NCBI GenBank assembly: GCA_000002435.2
Contig: CM018790.1
Source: Giardia intestinalis
Taxonomy: Eukaryota
Direction: 5' to 3' (one strand)
Length of the DNA: 64,000 bases
Part shown: in pieces, positions 11,442 to 21,420 of the stretch
Layout: the number at the start of each line of letters is the position of its first letter
Position numbering within the stretch: the stretch's first letter is position 1
Translations under genes and position numbers: made by a program
The notes under the pieces: generated by a model
Seen by the model: the letters and a program-made list of their open reading frames with translations, nothing else
The model's database searches: none
Told to the model about the DNA's origin: nothing

Positions 11442-12623
11442 TCAAAGCGTCTCCGTCACGATTGGAGCCTCCTTGCCACTACAACGAAGACCTCTAGATA
11501 GTGATCTGAAGGAATCCATGTAATTCTCATCAACTGCATTTAAGGTGAGTAGCTTTTCTGCTAGCTCCATGACAGCTGCCTGGTCAGTTGGCTCCATGGA
11601 CCCTATCTTACTATTCATCCATTCTAAAAGAACTACTGATTGCCCTAGCAGTTTTGCAACCCGAAGGTCTGACTCTGCACAAACGCCATAGAATAGGCAC
11701 AGGATCTCGACCCGGTGTTCTTCATACTCTGTTGTGCCCAGATTCTTGCACAGTAAGGTCACCCCAGAGGTGATATTGGATCCTGCACCAAGGAGAGTAT
11801 GACACAGAAGGACAAACCCACTTCTCTTGGGAGATGTAGTTGCTCCTACGCACGTATACCCTTCCTCTTTGACAATCTTAAGGACCGACGCTAAGATAGC
11901 GACTGCCACACTCTGCTCTGCTGTGGTAAGGAGCTTCACCAGCCAGCAGAGAAGGCTGTATGCCATGTGCTCCCTATTAGATGTCTCACCTGCCGAAAAG
12001 ACGGTGAACAGCGCTGCAGCAAGGGGAAGCATTGATGCACACTTGAATCCTATTATTCGATAGACGCGAGATGCAAGGAGCTCTGCAAGGACGCGACTAG
12101 ACTGGTACACGAGTTGAACGAGATTGTCATCGGATCCTAAAAGTGCAAGGTCGTAGAATGCTGTGAGAGTCATCATAGCATTGTAGGCAAGTTCAGAATT
12201 AAGTGGGAGCAAATCCAATAAGTCAGAACAAGAAGGATTCCCAACTAGCTGCTCAAAGTACCGGGTGGCTAGTAACAGAGCCTGTTGTCGAACAGATACA
12301 GTACTCTCCCTTAAAGTATCTACCATGAACGACAGGTATATTGTGCGGTCTGTGTAGTTGCTAGCCCTTTCATCAAGCTTCTGCAGGATGGTTAGGTATT
12401 CCTCGTCACTGATGAGCATCTCCTTTACCTCGAGAGGAAGACTGCAATAGAGGCCAAGGAGCTCCGTGACGGCTAGCATGTCGTCCTCAGCGATGCTCCG
12501 TAATAGGAGGGCCTTCGCCTGCTCGAGCTTTCCCTCGTCCCTGAGCTTCTCTAGCTCCTCACTGAGCTTGTTGTCGTCGACACTTTTAAAGATAAAAGCT
12601 ATTTGTTGGAAAGCAGTGACCAT
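11442..12623 (-). CDS. hypothetical protein (393 aa), predicted all-alpha helical-repeat (ARM/HEAT-like) fold
   Basis: ATG at 12623 (plus strand 'cat' at 12621-12623). Leucine-rich amphipathic repeats. No diagnostic motif. Confidence 0.5.
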   Translation of the reverse strand: MVTAFQQIAFIFKSVDDNKLSEELEKLRDEGKLEQAKALLLRSIAEDDMLAVTELLGLYCSLPLEVKEMLISDEEYLTILQKLDERASNYTDRTIYLSFMVDTLRESTVSVRQQALLLATRYFEQLVGNPSCSDLLDLLPLNSELAYNAMMTLTAFYDLALLGSDDNLVQLVYQSSRVLAELLASRVYRIIGFKCASMLPLAAALFTVFSAGETSNREHMAYSLLCWLVKLLTTAEQSVAVAILASVLKIVKEEGYTCVGATTSPKRSGFVLLCHTLLGAGSNITSGVTLLCKNLGTTEYEEHRVEILCLFYGVCAESDLRVAKLLGQSVVLLEWMNSKIGSMEPTDQAAVMELAEKLLTLNAVDENYMDSFRSLSRGLRCSGKEAPIVTETL

Positions 12624-12802
12624 GAGGAGCTTGCTTTAATTTAATTTAGACATTGAGACATTAATCGTGATTGATTGTTATTACCATCTACTGTTGGCCA
12701 GCAAGGCCCTACAAGCAGTACCTAGGGTCTATAAGGGTCTATGACAAAGCGAACCGGTACAAGACAAAAACCTATGACCGAATGAGCGAAAAATAAATTC
12801 CC

Positions 12803-13771
12803 ATGCCTCCTGCACCCGTTAAGATGAAGAAGACCTCAGCTGCAAAGGAACGGCCTCCTCCCCCGCCGTACTCCACATTTCAGATAGGCTCAGATGAAAA
12901 GACTGAACCAGTACCGTTCACCATTTTAGCAATTAATGTTAATGGCATAAGGTCGGCCTTCTCCAAGGGCCTCAAGGACTTTATACACAAAAAGAACCCC
13001 GATATAGTGTGCTTTTCAGAGACAAAGCTGGGTTCGTCCGCCTTTGCCGCATTCATGGAGAAGGAGGCCACCAGGGATCCAGACACGGGGGTGTACACCG
13101 TGATGAAGGGGTATAAGCACGTTTTCTGCTGCTCTACCGCCAAGCAAGGGTATGCATCCACTGCTATGTTCGCCAAAGAGTCTGTTCCTGTCTTAGACCT
13201 GTGTATGCAGATGGGAGACCCGGAGTTCGATTCTGAGGGTCGCTTTTTGCACGTTAGCCTTCCATCATTCGAGCTCATCCATGTGTACGCCCCTAACTCC
13301 GGTCGCGGCTCAAGTGGGAAAGCGTTTACTTCCAAGAACAGGCCCGCCAATCTTTCCACACGTATAAAGTATGAGAAGCTGATATCCAAGTACATAGGAA
13401 ACCTAGTTGCTGCAGGAAAGGATGTTGTCTACTGCGGAGACCTAAACGTTGCACACAATGAAATAGATCTCTATAACCCGAAGAGCAACCACTTCAGTCC
13501 CGGGTTTACCGATGAAGAGCGTAACGCGTTCAGCAAGCTATTGGATGGACACGGTCTGATAGATGCATTTAGAGCTATGCATCCTCACCGGATTAACTAT
13601 AGCTGGTTTAGCAACTTTGGACGTGCACGAGAACAGAAGCATGGGTGGCGGATAGATTACTTTGTGGTTACAAGTAAGATATTTAAACGTGTAACGACGG
13701 TGGACATCTTAGACGATTATAATAGCTATAGTGACCATGTTCCCATTATAATGACGCTCACGGGGATCTAG
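12803..13771 (+). CDS. xth: AP endonuclease, exonuclease III (Xth/APE1) family, EEP fold
   Basis: Motifs in canonical order: VCFSETKL (the QETK site), GDLNVAHNEIDL, WRIDY, SDHVPI. An N-terminal basic/Pro-rich extension as in eukaryotic APE1. Confidence 0.85.
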   Translation: MPPAPVKMKKTSAAKERPPPPPYSTFQIGSDEKTEPVPFTILAINVNGIRSAFSKGLKDFIHKKNPDIVCFSETKLGSSAFAAFMEKEATRDPDTGVYTVMKGYKHVFCCSTAKQGYASTAMFAKESVPVLDLCMQMGDPEFDSEGRFLHVSLPSFELIHVYAPNSGRGSSGKAFTSKNRPANLSTRIKYEKLISKYIGNLVAAGKDVVYCGDLNVAHNEIDLYNPKSNHFSPGFTDEERNAFSKLLDGHGLIDAFRAMHPHRINYSWFSNFGRAREQKHGWRIDYFVVTSKIFKRVTTVDILDDYNSYSDHVPIIMTLTGI

Positions 13772-16700
13772 TGGATCATCTCCAGCAGGTGGCCCCACGC
13801 TGCCGCTGAGAGTGCCCCTACTGTCCCGGAGGAGGACACTATTGGGAAAGGTACAGAGTAGATGGCGCGCCGCATGTGGTCCTCCATGACATAGATGCCC
13901 TTTTCAGGATCTAGACCAGGGTAGTACCTGCCCACCAATGCGTGACCCGCAGTCAAGTGCAAGCTGATCGGCTTCTTGTCGTCAACAAATTCGTACTTCT
14001 CCTCTATCTGGTTGTATCGTCTCACACGAAGAGGAATGACCATGGGGCTCCATTCGTGGCCAGGGACCTCCAGCGTCAACTTTCTGGCTATGCCGATGGG
14101 CGAATTAATCATGTGTTTGTCTGTCAATAGCAAGACACTCTTCTCCATGTCCTCACTTATTATGCGGTGCTTGTGGACCAGTTCTAGGATATGGCTTTTC
14201 TCAAAGAGTGCATAGTTCTCCTCCACTTTGCTTACAATTGTATCTTTTGCGACAGAGTACCTAAGCTGGGAAATTAAGTCATAAGAGAACCTTTCCAAAT
14301 TGAAGAGAAAGGATCCGGTATTATCTGGCTTGGATGCATCGTAGTAGAGGCCAACATTTGTCAAGTATGGGAGTGAATCACAGACTGTATGCACGCTTCT
14401 CTGGCCACTGTCAAATGCGAGGGAGTAGGTGTGGCAGAGTGCATCGAGTAGTTGACTAAGAGTGAGGCGAGTAAGGTACAGCTGCGCCTCGGTCGAGAAA
14501 AGGGACGGGAACGTCGCTAGGAAGGAACTAACGGTATTATCTGGATAGACCACTGAGCGTGTTTGGTAAACGCGACTCTTCACTGCAGCTGTGGAGCACG
14601 ATTTGGTGCAGGTCATTGAGTCATGGTGCACATCGTTTGCTTCATAGGAGGGTGTTCCTCCAGCGAGGATTTTGGCTGAAAAACATGCTACCAAATCAAT
14701 AGTTGTGCTAGGATGAAGCTTCTGATCCGTCATGCGGTTATTGAGTCTGGAAATCAGATCTGTCGCCAGTCCAGCGATGAGATCCATACATTCTGCTTCC
14801 TTCTCTCCTTCGTCCGTTGCAACGAGAAGGCTCCGCTTGTGGTCGGAAATAATGGGAAGATAATAGCAGGCACAGTCTCGCAGCTTGTGCGCTAAGTAAC
14901 AAAAGAGAGGCGTGTGAGCAGTCTTTGCTAAAAAAGATACGTACTCCACCGGGCCTAGCCAAGGGAGAACCTTGCACGATAGCAAGTCGCGATAAAGCAG
15001 CTTATCCAGCACTAACGGGAACTTAGCCATGACATCTCTCTGAACAAATTTCTGTAAGGGTTGTAGCTGCGATAGATAATTTTTATACGAGTGGATTGTA
15101 ACGAGTTTTGTCTGAAGTAGATGCTTATAGGGCTTAGAGAGGGCAGAAGAACCTATAGTCCCAGTGAAGTCTCTCACTGGTATGGCACCAATGTAGTCTT
15201 CTTCTGCGATATCCCACAATGAAAAGAAAACAGCGACAGAAACATCAACTGCTTGGGGGTCGTCATAATCGTATGGCTTCTGCAAAAGCTCCGAGTACTC
15301 GGGGGACTTGTATGCATAGTTCATAAACTCATGGAAGCGTAAGATAGTTTGAGAGGTATAGTTCGGTGTAGTCTTGTTTGGCAGGATGTACGTGTCCATC
15401 CAGGAGTTGGACAGAAAGTTGCCTGTGTCCTCAGAAGTTAAGGTGCTGCGGCCGTAGCTAGTTGTTGAAGACAGGAGTATATAACGAACGGTGGACACGT
15501 GTATCTGTGCCTTTTCCAGCATGCGGTGGACCTCTGTATTGATGCCCTCCAACAACCGTGCGGAAGGTGGAAGAGTATAGAACTCGTAATAACTAGAAAC
15601 TGAAACCGATGAACCTTTTTGTTGCAAATTGGTCAGAACGCTTCTTCCTGGAACAATGTTATCACAGTGTGTTGTTGGGAGGATACTGGTGAAAACGACG
15701 CACATACTATCAGGCTCAGCATGGGGGTAGCTCCCTCGCACTATGACAGGGAGATACTTGAAGAGACGAAAGCAGCCATATCCCAGCTCTGGAAATATCG
15801 AGTTAACAGAAAAGAGATAGCGAAGAGGAAGCGATGGGCAAAGCATTCCTATATAGACTTCGCTTGCATCCAAACTCATGCCCTTAAATGGGGTCCTTTC
15901 TGCACGCAAGCTTTCGGTAACTTCCTCAATCTCTAAATTAGCGCAACAAAAGTACGTACTGGGAAGAAAAGTACAGATGTCCAGGACACCATACTCATAC
16001 TCTTCAACACTTATTCCAGATATGTGTGGTGCCACAGCTCGAAAGAAAGTCAGAAGGTCAGGGCTAATTTCTTCATAGAGTAGGGTAGGGCATCGTTGCT
16101 GCCTCGGGGATGGGCCCAGTGGCGGGATTGAGTCAGTTGTAAATATGACTGGATCATTGTGAGTGCCTTCGTTGCTTTCTTTGTTGTCTCTCAACCGTTC
16201 GCTGGGAGGAACCTTGGGAGAACAACTTGCCTCCATCTGAGAGAGCATGTCACTAAATCGCAGCCTTCCAGATGCACCAGTGATAGGCAAAGAAGAGGGT
16301 GTACCTACATGCGATGCTTCAGGTTGTGCAGTTGAGTCGATAATAGGTTGGCTTTGCGATTGTTCTAAAGTTGTCTTGAGAGTCGCTGATGCTAATAGGC
16401 TCGTGTTTAAGATTGCTGCGATGCTAGCATGTTTAAATTCATAGCTAGAGAAGCCTAGCAGTGAACACCATTGGAGCAGTCCTCCCCGAGAAATAAAGAG
16501 ACAAGACCGCAAGGAGCTTCGCAAGTGCAGTGTTACAGGAACTAGAAGGGGGCATGAAAGAAGATTCCCAATTGTGTGCTGGACAAGGATACCGGGGGCT
16601 GTCAAGAGGGATGGATCTAACGGAACAGAATCTATCTCCTTCAGCCTATCGTATGCCTGAAAAAACGTAGAGGTAAAGGGTTTGCTTGCTACTACTTTAT

Positions 16701-17694
16701 AGTCGACAAAGCCAGTAGGGCAACCGTAGTTGGTATCGGTAGTACTAACACCAACCGTGGGAAAGCGAAATGCAATATTTTCCGTAACAATAGAGCGGTA
16801 TGGAGCGACTGATTCTTGTGCCTCAGCAGGCAGTTCCACATCCCAGTCCCCTACAAAGAGACCAGGCCTGTGACAACTTAAAAGTTCCTTAAGCACATGA
16901 CTTGCCTCTATTGTAGAATGTGGCACACTTCCTACAGTATGGCCAGACAGCCCAGCTTCATACATGGATGTGACTCCACTTTGCTGCTCTGAGTCGTATG
17001 CACTGCCCCAAAGCCTGTTATTGACAAGAGGTAAAAGAGTTGATAGCGTAATGGGTGGGACAGACGCTGATGGAACATTATCTATACTCATAGCTAGAGC
17101 GGCTTCGTGTGGAGCAGGTCCAAAGGTATCCACCAGCTTTTGCAACAGATAGGCTGCTCTGCGAGCTGAGAGAGTCTTGGGGAGGGTAGACACAAAGCCT
17201 TGCAAGCTCTCTGCATTAGAGAGAATCTCGTTGACGTTAGTGGCCAGTACATTAGATGATAACTCTTCGGGAAACGAAGTGCTATCTGAGGTCATATTGC
17301 TGGACAGGTCGCCGCGACGCCGGACTTCTCCCAACTGCTCACTAAGGTTGAGCAGGCGACGATAGGTCTTGTCTATTGATGAGCTAGAGCTGTCATGCGT
17401 TGATCGGCGATCGTTGGCTTGAACTTCAGTATTATCTCCATCTCTACAAAGGTCCACAGATGAAGAGATAGTGCTCAGCGCGGCAGACCGGAGCGCAGCT
17501 AGATGGGCATCTTTATCCTGATACCCGAAAGACCGGGCCACGTAGTCTTGCATTATTCTGGACTTAAAGAACGACGCTGCAAACTGCAATATGTTCGGTG
17601 GCTGCATATAGATTACTTCGGAAATAAACCACGTGGTGATAGCCTTGAGCTCTGGGTGCTCACGTAGGTACCTCCGGTTCCCAGAGGAGCTCAT
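13768..17694 (-). CDS. large hypothetical protein (1308 aa)
   Basis: Long ORF with ATG at 17694. Its stop shares the palindrome CTAG (13768-13771) with the stop of the AP endonuclease on the other strand. No recognisable domain. Confidence 0.6.
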   Translation of the reverse strand: MSSSGNRRYLREHPELKAITTWFISEVIYMQPPNILQFAASFFKSRIMQDYVARSFGYQDKDAHLAALRSAALSTISSSVDLCRDGDNTEVQANDRRSTHDSSSSSIDKTYRRLLNLSEQLGEVRRRGDLSSNMTSDSTSFPEELSSNVLATNVNEILSNAESLQGFVSTLPKTLSARRAAYLLQKLVDTFGPAPHEAALAMSIDNVPSASVPPITLSTLLPLVNNRLWGSAYDSEQQSGVTSMYEAGLSGHTVGSVPHSTIEASHVLKELLSCHRPGLFVGDWDVELPAEAQESVAPYRSIVTENIAFRFPTVGVSTTDTNYGCPTGFVDYKVVASKPFTSTFFQAYDRLKEIDSVPLDPSLLTAPGILVQHTIGNLLSCPLLVPVTLHLRSSLRSCLFISRGGLLQWCSLLGFSSYEFKHASIAAILNTSLLASATLKTTLEQSQSQPIIDSTAQPEASHVGTPSSLPITGASGRLRFSDMLSQMEASCSPKVPPSERLRDNKESNEGTHNDPVIFTTDSIPPLGPSPRQQRCPTLLYEEISPDLLTFFRAVAPHISGISVEEYEYGVLDICTFLPSTYFCCANLEIEEVTESLRAERTPFKGMSLDASEVYIGMLCPSLPLRYLFSVNSIFPELGYGCFRLFKYLPVIVRGSYPHAEPDSMCVVFTSILPTTHCDNIVPGRSVLTNLQQKGSSVSVSSYYEFYTLPPSARLLEGINTEVHRMLEKAQIHVSTVRYILLSSTTSYGRSTLTSEDTGNFLSNSWMDTYILPNKTTPNYTSQTILRFHEFMNYAYKSPEYSELLQKPYDYDDPQAVDVSVAVFFSLWDIAEEDYIGAIPVRDFTGTIGSSALSKPYKHLLQTKLVTIHSYKNYLSQLQPLQKFVQRDVMAKFPLVLDKLLYRDLLSCKVLPWLGPVEYVSFLAKTAHTPLFCYLAHKLRDCACYYLPIISDHKRSLLVATDEGEKEAECMDLIAGLATDLISRLNNRMTDQKLHPSTTIDLVACFSAKILAGGTPSYEANDVHHDSMTCTKSCSTAAVKSRVYQTRSVVYPDNTVSSFLATFPSLFSTEAQLYLTRLTLSQLLDALCHTYSLAFDSGQRSVHTVCDSLPYLTNVGLYYDASKPDNTGSFLFNLERFSYDLISQLRYSVAKDTIVSKVEENYALFEKSHILELVHKHRIISEDMEKSVLLLTDKHMINSPIGIARKLTLEVPGHEWSPMVIPLRVRRYNQIEEKYEFVDDKKPISLHLTAGHALVGRYYPGLDPEKGIYVMEDHMRRAIYSVPFPIVSSSGTVGALSAAAWGHLLEMIH

Positions 17695-17756
17695 TGAAGG
17701 GCGGGGTAGGGTAAAGGAGCCTTTAAAAATTCACAATCAAGAACGCAGAGAGCAGC

Positions 17757-18386
17757 TTAACAGCATGGCTCCTTCGAAAGGCGTAGTATAGCGTCGACAG
17801 CTTGAACCCCATTGATGTATATTTTAAGGATCGTAAGAGGAGATGAAAAGCAGGCTATTAGGAGGGCTAAGCGGGTAATGGGAAGCCAATCCACCATTCG
17901 ATAGACATACAGGGAAATGAGCATGGCTTCATAAGCAACACAAAGAGAGCAAAGAAACGGTCTAGATTTATAGTACAAACCTAAGAGCAGGGATGTATCT
18001 TCGTCCACATTTTTGTGGGAGTTCTGCTTCCGCGAGTAGTAGGCGTGTCTCATCCAATGGCTGCTTATATCTAAGAACGTCAGAAACATAAATCCGATCG
18101 CATACTTTGGATAAATTATTCCTAAAATCATGCATAATAACGCATCGAAGCATCGGTCGATGACCATGTCTAAGGTTGCTCCGAGGACCGACTCTTGACT
18201 CAAGCTTCGTGCCAACCAGCCGTCGAAGCAATCTGCCATACAAACATACACAAAGCAGAAAACTGCCATAAGTGGACGAGACTGAAAGACGGCGACTGCC
18301 ACAATCAGCACAACAATTCTACTGTAATCTACGATATTAGGAAGGTAGAACAGCGTGCCACATCGGCTAGACTTGCAGCTAGACAT
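17757..18386 (-). CDS. PIS: CDP-alcohol phosphatidyltransferase, phosphatidylinositol synthase-like
   Basis: ADCFDGWLARSLSQESVLGATLDMVIDRC matches the CDP-OH phosphotransferase signature D-G-x2-A-R-x8-G-x3-D-x3-D. Multi-TM, hydrophobic, 209 aa. Confidence 0.7.
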   Translation of the reverse strand: MSSCKSSRCGTLFYLPNIVDYSRIVVLIVAVAVFQSRPLMAVFCFVYVCMADCFDGWLARSLSQESVLGATLDMVIDRCFDALLCMILGIIYPKYAIGFMFLTFLDISSHWMRHAYYSRKQNSHKNVDEDTSLLLGLYYKSRPFLCSLCVAYEAMLISLYVYRMVDWLPITRLALLIACFSSPLTILKIYINGVQAVDAILRLSKEPCC

Positions 18387-18471
18387 CCCCGCGGTCCACG
18401 CTGTTTTTTAGTTTCAACATCCCCTCCCCCAGCTATCCTTTCGGCTGAACTGGAGCCACAGGCCCGCTGCC

Positions 18472-18478
18472 ATTTACT
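18472..18478 (-). promoter_or_regulatory. Giardia-type polyadenylation signal AGTAAAT overlapping the TAA stop of thioredoxin reductase
   Basis: The minus strand reads TAAGTAAATGG. AGTRAAY is the established Giardia poly(A) signal, normally within 30 nt of the stop. Confidence 0.5.
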
Positions 18479-19422
18479 TACTCCTGCATGGCAAGCCAGC
18501 GCTCGGCGTCGAGTGCCGCCTTGCTCCCAGATCCTGCTGCAACGACAGCCTGACGGTAGAGGTGGTCGCAGCAGTCGCCGGCGGCAAATACGCCATCCAC
18601 GGAAGTCCTCTGAGTGGGGTGGTCCTTGAGCAGGATATACCCGGCCTCATCCTGCTCCAGCTGCCCCTTCTTGAGGAACGACGTCTGGGGATCGTGGCCA
18701 ACGGCCCAATAGAGGGCGCCAGCGTTGAGAGTGCGGGTCTTCCCGTCTTTGAGGTTCTTGATGGAGACCGAGGTAACGCACTTACCGTCGCCCTTGATCT
18801 CATCGATGGCAGAGTCGTAAATTATCTCTATCAGCTTTTCGTTCATGACCTTCTTGACCATGGCGGCAGAGGCGCGGAACTTGTCGCGCCTGAGAACCAT
18901 ATAGACCTTCGTGGCGATCTTTGTGAGGTAGGTGGCCTCTTCGCACGCAACATCGCCTCCGCCGACGACAACGACCTCCTTCCCGGTGGCCATGGCAGAA
19001 TCGCAGACAGCGCAGGCCGACACCCCCTTTTGCCAGTACTCCTTCTCGCCCTTGCAATCCAGGCGGCGAGCCGTGGCACCCGTCGCAATGATAAGGGCGT
19101 CAGCGAGCGTTGTTTCATTTTCGTAGCCGTGAACGATCTTGAAAGGTCGCGAGGAGACGTCGATGCTGTGAACGTCCTCATAGAGGAGCTCCGCGCCACA
19201 GTGCTCCGCCTGGTTCTGGATAGCCTCCATGAGAGCAGGCCCCTTGATAGCGGTGTGAGAAGGGAAGTTCTCCACATCCGTGGTGGTGAACATCTGAGAC
19301 GTGTGCTCAATCCCCACAAAGACGCAGGTCTTCAGATTCGCGCGCGACGCGTAAATCCCCGCAGTGAGGCCTGCAGGGCCTCCGCCGATGATTCCGATCC
19401 TGACGTGGCGCTGAGTGGACAT
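18478..19422 (-). CDS. TrxR: thioredoxin reductase (low-Mr, NADPH-dependent flavoprotein)
   Basis: Motifs: FAD GxGxxG (IGIIGGGPAGLTAG); redox-active CAVC (SACAVCDSA); NADPH site (VVVVGGGDVA); GDC motif (VFAAGDC). GC3-rich codon usage. The overlapping alternate-frame ORFs are GC artefacts. Confidence 0.9.
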   Translation of the reverse strand: MSTQRHVRIGIIGGGPAGLTAGIYASRANLKTCVFVGIEHTSQMFTTTDVENFPSHTAIKGPALMEAIQNQAEHCGAELLYEDVHSIDVSSRPFKIVHGYENETTLADALIIATGATARRLDCKGEKEYWQKGVSACAVCDSAMATGKEVVVVGGGDVACEEATYLTKIATKVYMVLRRDKFRASAAMVKKVMNEKLIEIIYDSAIDEIKGDGKCVTSVSIKNLKDGKTRTLNAGALYWAVGHDPQTSFLKKGQLEQDEAGYILLKDHPTQRTSVDGVFAAGDCCDHLYRQAVVAAGSGSKAALDAERWLAMQE

Positions 19423-19570
19423 TTAAAAATGCTCGTAGTTTTTGAAATTTAAAGACTTTTAGTCATAGTTATTGATTTGTGGAGGGACTCCTACCACATG
19501 GACCAGCATGATTCTGCTATGCAACCATAGAATTCACGAAACTGCACCTTAGAAAAAAAGTCCCCCGGCA

Positions 19571-19843
19571 CTACTTTCTGGAGCCAGCCACTGAAGCTAT
19601 ATGATCCAAGGCCTGTGAAGCTAGTGTTGGGGGCACGCCCATGTCCAGGAAGAGTGTCTTGAGAAATGCGTCCGGGGCTATAGATTGCTGCCCTGTGGAT
19701 CCGTGCACCCTAAGCCCCGCATCGAGCATTTCAAACACCTTGCTCTCGGCTTCCTGTATGCGCTGCTTAGCATTGTACCTACCTGGCCCCAACCAGTACT
19801 CCAGTACGAGGACAGAGGTGAGCAGATCTATGCCGTTTTGCAT
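19571..19843 (-). CDS. possible small protein (90 aa), hypothetical
   Basis: ATG at 19843 preceded by an AT-rich tract. It fills an otherwise empty 570-bp gap between two divergent genes. No recognisable domain. Confidence 0.3.
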   Translation of the reverse strand: MQNGIDLLTSVLVLEYWLGPGRYNAKQRIQEAESKVFEMLDAGLRVHGSTGQQSIAPDAFLKTLFLDMGVPPTLASQALDHIASVAGSRK

Positions 19844-19996
19844 TTCTGTAATTTGATAATGTAAATGGAAAGAAGCTTTTCATCCTACCAGAAATCTACC
19901 TTTTCATGTCACTGTTTCTTAGTAATAGAATTTTAAATTGGAATGGCAAATCAATTTGAATCTTAAAATCGAATTAGTAGGCCCCTCACCTCTGGC

Positions 19997-21403
19997 ATGA
20001 AGATTGAGATCGAGCAGGTTACCTCCGATAGACAGAAGAGAATCGACGCACACTCCCACATAAAGAAGCTCGGGCTTGATGGGGATGGGAAGCCGCGAGC
20101 AGAGGACGGAGGGTTCATCGGCCAAGAGGCTGCGCGCGAGGCAGCCGGGATCGTTGTGGAGCTCATCAAGCAGAAAAGGCTTGCAGGTCGCTCTGTTCTA
20201 CTTGCAGGCCCGAGCAGCACTGGGAAAACTGCCATCTCTCTTGGGATTGCTCGTGAGCTTGGTGATTCCGTTCCGTTTGCTCACCTAGTTGCATCAGAGG
20301 TTTTTAGTGCAGAGGTTAAGAAAACAGAGGTTCTCATGGAGCATTTTCGTCGGGCTATTGGACTCCGCATCAAAGAGGTCAAGGAGGTCTTTGAAGGAGA
20401 GGTGGCGAGCATCAACGCAATAGAGGCCCCTTCAAACGGCCCTGGGGCGCCAAAGACTATCAGCCACGTCAATATCACCCTTCGCACACGAAAGTCCTCC
20501 AGGGAGCTAAAGCTAGACGGAATTATTTACCAGCAGCTTGAGGCGCAGAAGATCCGCGTGGGCGACATCATTTACATAGAAGCCAACTCTGGTCTTGTGA
20601 AAAGACTTGGACGTTCTGACAAGTTGGCCTCAGAGACTCAGCTAGAGTCAGATTCGTATGTGCCGATGCCCAAGGGGGAGGTGCATAGGAAGCGCGAGAT
20701 TGTGCAGGATATCACCCTCCATGATCTAGATATTGCTAACGCCAATCCCAGGGGCGGCCAGGACCTAGTCTCTATTATGAATCAGTTCAACAAGATAAGG
20801 AAGACAGAGATCACGGACAAGCTGCGCCAAGAGATAGACAAGGTGGTCTCGCGCTACCTGAATCAAGGAATCTGTGAGCTCCAGTCTGGGCTGCTTTTTA
20901 TTGACGAGGCGCACCTTCTTGATTTGGAGTGCTTCTCCTTCCTGAACAAAGCGATGGAAAGCCCGCTTGCCCCTGTTATCATCTTTGCGACTAACCGTGG
21001 TATCTGTGAGATTCGAGGAAGCGGTGGCGTCAAGAGTCCTCATGGCCTTCCTCGTGACCTTCTCGATCGGTTACTTGTCATCAAAACGCTTCCCTATCAG
21101 CAGGAAGACATCGCCAAGATCCTTAAACTTCGTGCATCCGTTGAGGAGATACCCTTGACGAGTGCGGCCCTGGAGAGGCTTGCAGAGCTGGGACACAGTT
21201 CCAGTCTCCGATACGCGATGCAGCTCCTCTTTCCGGCCTTCGTAGTGGCTAAGTTAGAGGCTGCCGGTGGGCTCACAGTCATAGACAGCGCTGGAGGCGT
21301 TGAAGTAGATTTGAGGCACGTGGAAGAGGTCTCTGAGCTCTTCATGGACGCAAAGCGTGCTGTACATAAGATTCAAACCGATGCAACTGGATACCTCAAG
21401 TGA
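19997..21403 (+). CDS. RUVBL1: RuvB-like AAA+ ATPase 1 (pontin/TIP49a)
   Basis: FIGQEAAREAAGIVVELIK…GPSSTGKTAISLGIARELG (Walker A), EVLMEHFRRAIGLRIKEVKEVFEGEV, DEAH-type Walker B (FIDEAHLLD), and an inserted OB-like domain II. The sequence is closer to RUVBL1 than RUVBL2. Confidence 0.9.
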   Translation: MKIEIEQVTSDRQKRIDAHSHIKKLGLDGDGKPRAEDGGFIGQEAAREAAGIVVELIKQKRLAGRSVLLAGPSSTGKTAISLGIARELGDSVPFAHLVASEVFSAEVKKTEVLMEHFRRAIGLRIKEVKEVFEGEVASINAIEAPSNGPGAPKTISHVNITLRTRKSSRELKLDGIIYQQLEAQKIRVGDIIYIEANSGLVKRLGRSDKLASETQLESDSYVPMPKGEVHRKREIVQDITLHDLDIANANPRGGQDLVSIMNQFNKIRKTEITDKLRQEIDKVVSRYLNQGICELQSGLLFIDEAHLLDLECFSFLNKAMESPLAPVIIFATNRGICEIRGSGGVKSPHGLPRDLLDRLLVIKTLPYQQEDIAKILKLRASVEEIPLTSAALERLAELGHSSSLRYAMQLLFPAFVVAKLEAAGGLTVIDSAGGVEVDLRHVEEVSELFMDAKRAVHKIQTDATGYLK

Positions 21404-21420
21404 TCACTGCATCTTGAGGC

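Noticed and set aside
12728-12760. Short direct repeat GGGTCTAT(AA)GGGTCTATGAC upstream of the AP endonuclease gene.
   Set aside because: Only two copies of 8 nt. Could be a minor promoter element, but too short to call a repeat feature.
18195-19452. Multiple 60-300-aa ORFs in alternate frames and antisense to thioredoxin reductase. The same pattern occurs at 37229-39772 over the HCMP and at 39718-40587 over the TtcA-like gene.
   Set aside because: They are by-products of very GC-rich coding sequence, where stop codons are rare in all frames. Their translations are R/P/A/G-rich and non-protein-like. The primary frames carry clear homology.
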